Shown in pieces: positions 59,428-64,000 of a DNA stretch of 64,000 bases. This DNA comes from Reclinomonas americana ATCC 50394 (taxonomy: Eukaryota): positions 496,001 to 560,000 of the forward strand of contig PS015010.1 in NCBI GenBank assembly GCA_048213135.1, in the 5' to 3' direction. The position numbers were made by a program, and so were the translations under genes. The first letter of the stretch is position 1, and each line of letters begins with the position of its first letter. The notes under the pieces were generated by a model. The model saw only the letters and a program-made list of their open reading frames with translations, was not told where the DNA came from and did not search any database.

Positions 59428-59907
59428 ATGGCAAAGTCAAAAACCAACGCGATAGGGCTCGATGAAAAATTATCCGCCCAACTGGCCGGTGACCTCAATA
59501 CCCTCCTGGCCAATTACCAGTTGTTCTACCAGAACGCAAGGGGCTACCACTGGAACATCAAAGGCGACAAATTCTTTGAACTGCACGTTAAGTTTGAAGA
59601 ACTGTATACCGACGCCCTCCTCAAAATAGACGAGATCGCCGAACGCATACGCACCCTCGGTTTTACGCCCCTGCATACTTTTTCCGATTACCTGGCCGGG
59701 TCATCTATTAAAGAAACTAAAAATGTGAGCGACGGCACCAAAGCCATCGGTTATATCCTCGACGGGTTCGCCATTTTGCTGGCCGCTGAAAGGAAGATTC
59801 TCGATCTGTCTGACGAAGCCGGCGATGAAGGCACCAATTCCCTCATGAGCGATTATATCCGTGCCCAGGAAAAGCTGGTTTGGATGTATTCGGCGTATCT
59901 TCGCTGA
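59428..59907 (+). CDS. dps: Dps family DNA-protecting ferritin-like protein
   Basis: YHWNIKG..FFELH.KFEELY, DEIAERI, EKLVWM. Confidence 0.96.
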   Translation: MAKSKTNAIGLDEKLSAQLAGDLNTLLANYQLFYQNARGYHWNIKGDKFFELHVKFEELYTDALLKIDEIAERIRTLGFTPLHTFSDYLAGSSIKETKNVSDGTKAIGYILDGFAILLAAERKILDLSDEAGDEGTNSLMSDYIRAQEKLVWMYSAYLR

Positions 59908-59933
59908 TGAACAGCCACCTTATTTAATCCCGC

Positions 59934-60695
59934 ATGCAGAACAAGATCATTTCCGTTACGGAACTCAAAAAGAATTACGGCAGTTTCGAAGCCGTAAAAG
60001 GCATTTCTTTCCACGTGTTTGAAGGCGAAATATTCGGCCTGCTGGGCCCCAATGGCGCCGGTAAATCCACCACGCTGGAGATCATTGAAACCCTGCGGCA
60101 AAAGACCAGCGGTGTAGTGGAAGTATGCGGCATCAACCTTGATAAAGATCCTGACGGTATTAAGAGGCTTATTGGTGTTCAACTGCAGACTTCCGGCTTC
60201 TACCCCGGACTTACGCTCATAGAACTGGTGGACCTGTTTGGCGGGTTGTACAACCAGGAAGTGAACGCCATTGACCTGCTGAAAATGGTGAACCTGGAGG
60301 ATAAGGCCAAAAACAAGTATAAAGAACTCAGTGGCGGGCAAAAACAGCGTTTCTCCATTGCCACCACGCTCATCAACCATCCCCGTATCATTTTCCTGGA
60401 TGAACCCACTACCGGTCTCGATCCGCAGGCCCGGCGCAACCTGTGGGACCTCATCCGCAACATCAGGGCCAAGGGTACCACGGTCATCATTACCACGCAT
60501 TATATGGACGAAGCCGAACAGCTCTGCGACCGTATCGCCATCATGGACGAAGGCCGCATCATTTCCCTCGATTCACCTGATAAAATGATCGACGACCTGG
60601 TAACCAGCGGTTTTGAACGGCCCAAACAGGTAAAAGCTGCCAACCTGGAAGATGTTTTCATACATTTGACAGGCAAAGAGATCAGGGAATCCTGA
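59934..60695 (+). CDS. ABC transporter ATP-binding protein (ABC-2/DrrA type)
   Basis: GPNGAGKST, LSGGQ, FLDEPTTGLD, TTHYM. Confidence 0.94.
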   Translation: MQNKIISVTELKKNYGSFEAVKGISFHVFEGEIFGLLGPNGAGKSTTLEIIETLRQKTSGVVEVCGINLDKDPDGIKRLIGVQLQTSGFYPGLTLIELVDLFGGLYNQEVNAIDLLKMVNLEDKAKNKYKELSGGQKQRFSIATTLINHPRIIFLDEPTTGLDPQARRNLWDLIRNIRAKGTTVIITTHYMDEAEQLCDRIAIMDEGRIISLDSPDKMIDDLVTSGFERPKQVKAANLEDVFIHLTGKEIRES

Positions 60696-60737
60696 CCTTT
60701 TCGTTTTTATATTATATCATCAAAGAATAATCACTTC

Positions 60738-61499
60738 ATGAAGCAATTTGTAATCTGTGTACTGGCACTCAGTTCGGTGCTGTCCGTATCCGCCCAAACC
60801 TCCAAGACAAAAACGCCGACAAAAGCGGTCGTTGCCGCCAAAAAGGCTTTTGTTATGCAGAGTCTCATCGACAGTTTCAGCTATGCTGCCGGTTTTAATG
60901 TAGGCACTAACATGAGGGAGCAGGGTATTACCTCCGCCAACCTGGCCCTGATGCAAAAAGGGCTTGACGACGCGTTGAAAAAAGCCGCCTGTTCACTTAC
61001 TCCGGAACAGGTAAGTTCTGTACTGCAAAAACAAATAGAGATCTTCAGCAAAGCCAAAAGCGACCAGGAAAAGAAAGCCGGTATCGCTTACCTGCTCAGC
61101 AACAGGCAGAAAACCGGCGTAACCACGCTGCCCAGCGGACTTCAGTACGAGATCATCAAAAGAAGTGATGCTGCCACCAATAAACCCAGGGCAATCGATA
61201 CGGTGGTTGTGAACTATATCGGTACCACCATCGACGGGAAAGAATTCGATAACTCTTATAAAAGGGGAGAACCGGCAGTATTCCCGGTAGGCGGCGTTAT
61301 CAAAGGCTGGACAGAGATCCTGCAGCTGATGCCTGTAGGTTCACACTGGAAAGTGACCATCCCCAGCGAACTGGCTTATGGCGAATACCCTCCTCCGGGC
61401 AGTGGTCTCGCTCCCAATTCCGTACTCATTTTCGAGATCATCCTCGAAGGTGTTAAACCGGCAGCCGGAGATGTGAAAGCGCCTGCACCCAATCAATAA
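60738..61499 (+). CDS. FKBP-type peptidyl-prolyl isomerase (FklB/Mip-like)
   Basis: Signal peptide, SYAAG N-domain, SGLQY, FDNS, VIKGW, IPSELAYG. Confidence 0.94.
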   Translation: MKQFVICVLALSSVLSVSAQTSKTKTPTKAVVAAKKAFVMQSLIDSFSYAAGFNVGTNMREQGITSANLALMQKGLDDALKKAACSLTPEQVSSVLQKQIEIFSKAKSDQEKKAGIAYLLSNRQKTGVTTLPSGLQYEIIKRSDAATNKPRAIDTVVVNYIGTTIDGKEFDNSYKRGEPAVFPVGGVIKGWTEILQLMPVGSHWKVTIPSELAYGEYPPPGSGLAPNSVLIFEIILEGVKPAAGDVKAPAPNQ

Positions 61500-61507
61500 A
61501 TCAATTC

Positions 61508-62032
61508 ATGGAAGATCTTCGTTATCCAATAGGGAAGTATATCGTTCAGCCTTTTTCCGACCAGCAATGGAAGGAATGGCTGATCGATATACAGTTCCTG
61601 CCCCAGCATATAGAGAACGCCATCCTCAACCTGGATGAAGCGCAACTGAACACACCTTACCGCGACGGCGGATGGACGGTGAAACAGGTAGTGCACCATG
61701 TGGCTGACAGTCATATGAACGCTTATATCCGTTTCAAACTCGGCCTTACAGAGGATACGCCTGCCATCAAACCTTACGACGAAGTGGCCTGGGCCGAAAT
61801 GGTGGATACACGTAACCTGCCCATCAATATTTCACTCACGCTTATCCATAGCCTGCACACCCGCTGGTACGAAATACTCCGCCACATGACCCGTGAAGAA
61901 CTGGACCGGAAAATATTTCATCCCGAACGTAAAACGGAGATGACCCTTTGGGACCTGTTGGGATTGTATGCCTGGCACAGCCGCCATCATACGGCGCACA
62001 TCACTTCTCTTCGGGAACGCATGAAATGGTAA
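61508..62032 (+). CDS. bstA: YfiT/DinB-family bacillithiol transferase
   Basis: LRYPIG, YRDGGWTVKQVVHHVADSH, WHSRHH. Confidence 0.9.
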   Translation: MEDLRYPIGKYIVQPFSDQQWKEWLIDIQFLPQHIENAILNLDEAQLNTPYRDGGWTVKQVVHHVADSHMNAYIRFKLGLTEDTPAIKPYDEVAWAEMVDTRNLPINISLTLIHSLHTRWYEILRHMTREELDRKIFHPERKTEMTLWDLLGLYAWHSRHHTAHITSLRERMKW

Positions 62033-62041
62033 ATTAAGACA

Positions 62042-62596
62042 ATGGACTCCAATCCGGATATGAATTGGAAGACGCTTTCTTCCCGTTACCTCAGCGATCA
62101 TATTTATTTCACCGCAAGGGAAGACCGTTGCGAACAACCCGACGGGCGTATCGTAGAGCAATACTTTGTGGTGGAGCTGCCGCCCTGTGTATGTGCCGTG
62201 GCGCTTACGGATGACAACCAGGTGATCATGGTAGAGCAATACCGCCATCCCATACAGGAAACTATACTGGAAATACCCGGAGGTTTTATCGATGCCGGCG
62301 AAACACCCGAACAGGCCGTGGCCCGGGAGCTGATGGAAGAGACAGGGTATCGTTTTTCTTCTTTCGAGTACCTCGGCAAACTGGCCGCCAACCCCGGCAT
62401 TCTTGATAACTATACCCATTTATACCTCGCGAAAGGCGGCGTAAAAATCGCGGAACAATCACTTGATGGTAATGAAGCCATCCGGCTGAAACTGTTGTCC
62501 ATAGCAGAACTGGAATCATTGCTGAAAGAGAACAAGATCAAACAGGCACTGCATGCGGGATGTATTTTTTATGCTTTGGCGAAATTGAAAGGGTGA
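62042..62596 (+). CDS. NUDIX hydrolase (ADP-ribose pyrophosphatase-like)
   Basis: QYRHP, Nudix box GGFIDAGETPEQAVARELMEETG. Confidence 0.92.
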   Translation: MDSNPDMNWKTLSSRYLSDHIYFTAREDRCEQPDGRIVEQYFVVELPPCVCAVALTDDNQVIMVEQYRHPIQETILEIPGGFIDAGETPEQAVARELMEETGYRFSSFEYLGKLAANPGILDNYTHLYLAKGGVKIAEQSLDGNEAIRLKLLSIAELESLLKENKIKQALHAGCIFYALAKLKG

Positions 62597-62724
62597 TGTG
62601 CGAATGTGTGAATATCTGGATGTGCGGATATGCAGGTATGAAAATTGGAAGATTTGAAAATCTGAAAATGAATGAGTCCTTCTCTTCACTCAGGATAAAA
62701 TTCGTAATTCGTAATTAATAATTG
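62596..62724. repeat. 8-mer arrays after the NUDIX stop plus REP-like/CGTAATT composite at the folC end
   Basis: ATGTGCGA-like then ATTTGAAA-like units at 62596-62670; 62677-62716 is the inverted copy of 30991-31030. Confidence 0.85.
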
Positions 62725-63999
62725 ATCCACTTCTCCCACCACGAACACACTCCCGCAAACCAGTATCATATCATTTACTGAGGCTTTCTTTAACGCAGCC
62801 GCCACACCATTGTTCACATCATCGTATCCTTCGCCGTAAAGCTCATGCAGCTTTGCCCGTTCCACCAGTTGTGCAAAAGGCAATGCACGGGGAATATGCG
62901 CATTGGTAAAATAATAGGTTGCCGTTTTGGGTAAAAGGGAAAGTACTTTATCAATATCCTTATCGTTCACCATGCCGGTAATGATATGAAGCCGCTCATA
63001 CCGTACCTGCTGCAGGTTGGCCAGGATGGCTTTGATGCCGTCCTCGTTATGCCCCACATCCAGCACCAGCAGCGGTTTTTCTCTTATGAGTTCCCAGCGC
63101 CCGTGGAGGCCGGTCAGTTGTTTAACATGCGACAGGGCGTACTTTTCTGTTTCGCCGGGAATATCAAAACCGTGTTCTACCAGTAATCCTTCGGCACATA
63201 GTACAGTGCAAAGATTGCGAACCTGGTACAGGCCGTTCAGGTCGAGAGAGAAAGACTCTGTTATATCATTGAAGATATCAGTGATATCCACCTGCAGGAG
63301 ATGGTTGCCGTATTGGATATTGGAAGTTTGGTAGATGTCTTCCGCAAAATAAATAGGAGCGTTCAGCGATGCAGCTTTAGATGCGAACACGGGCCTGGTC
63401 TCCGGTAGCGTTGCGCCAATCACGACCGGAACACCGGGTTTGATGATACCCGCTTTCTCCGAAGCGATCTCTGGCAGGGTATTACCCAGCAGGTTCATGT
63501 GATCGAAACCGATATTGGTAATGACCGACACCAGCGGGGTGATCACATTCGTGCTGTCGAGCCGCCCGCCGAGCCCGGTTTCAATAACAGCGATGTCAAC
63601 CTGTTCTTTGGCAAAATGATCAAAGGCCATGGCTACCGTCAGCTCGAAAAAAGATGGTTCTATTTTTTCGGTAATGGGAATGGTCTTTTCTGTGAAGGCG
63701 ATCACCGTTTCTTCCGGGATCATTTCACCGTTGATCTTTATCCTTTCCCTGAAATCAGACAGGTGAGGAGAGGTATACAAGCCTGTTTTGTAACCCGCCT
63801 GTTGCAGTATGGCGGCCAGCATATGGCTCGTACTACCCTTACCGTTAGTACCCGCAATATGAATGCTCTTAAATTTTGTTTGCGGGTTGTCCAGGAATTC
63901 GCACAGGGCTATGGTGTTGTCCAGGTTAGGCTTAAAGGCTGCCGCCCCGATGCGGCTGAACATGGGTAGTTTGGAGAAGAGGTAGTCTAATGTCTGCTG
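62686..63999 (-). CDS. folC: Folylpolyglutamate/dihydrofolate synthase (5' end outside window)
   Basis: HIAGTNGKGS, TSPHL, ETGLGGRLDSTN, EKAGIIK; frame stays open to the window edge (QQTLDYLFSKLPM). Confidence 0.96.
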   Translation of the reverse strand, partial: QQTLDYLFSKLPMFSRIGAAAFKPNLDNTIALCEFLDNPQTKFKSIHIAGTNGKGSTSHMLAAILQQAGYKTGLYTSPHLSDFRERIKINGEMIPEETVIAFTEKTIPITEKIEPSFFELTVAMAFDHFAKEQVDIAVIETGLGGRLDSTNVITPLVSVITNIGFDHMNLLGNTLPEIASEKAGIIKPGVPVVIGATLPETRPVFASKAASLNAPIYFAEDIYQTSNIQYGNHLLQVDITDIFNDITESFSLDLNGLYQVRNLCTVLCAEGLLVEHGFDIPGETEKYALSHVKQLTGLHGRWELIREKPLLVLDVGHNEDGIKAILANLQQVRYERLHIITGMVNDKDIDKVLSLLPKTATYYFTNAHIPRALPFAQLVERAKLHELYGEGYDDVNNGVAAALKKASVNDMILVCGSVFVVGEVDQLLITNYEFYPE

Positions 64000-64000
64000 A

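Overview
A 64-kb stretch of a Bacteroidota chromosome, most likely Chitinophagaceae-like. The basis is TAnnTTTG promoter boxes, A-rich SD-less start contexts, a T9SS cargo protein, and the rpmB-rpmG-bL38-ftsY cluster. It is mostly housekeeping: polX, rplU-rpmA, plsC, priA, murB, a vWA/AAA+ pair, a DUF2723 glycosyltransferase, rimO, bshC, purK/purE, an RND pump, hppD, lysC, fbp, dps, bstA and folC. No rRNA, tRNA, CRISPR array, transposase or integrase was seen. Three features absent or incomplete in the ORF track were recovered: a 58-aa Lys/Ala histone-H1-like protein, bL38/DUF4295, and a YebY-like pseudogene. The most notable unexplained structures are: (1) several families of degenerate 7-9-bp tandem arrays in intergenic DNA that follow a strand/position rule, with one orientation just after stop codons and the reverse complement just before promoters or starts, sometimes as complete inverted pairs and once with an apparent cargo gene; (2) a three-gene accessory operon ending in a membrane protein with a prokaryotic YEATS-like domain; (3) a candidate ~80-nt sRNA with its own terminator and four phased upstream repeats; (4) a PolX whose polymerase catalytic residues are replaced; and (5) a 12-unit poly-HAMP hybrid kinase phosphorelay. 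All family assignments come from motif recognition by eye, not from database searches.
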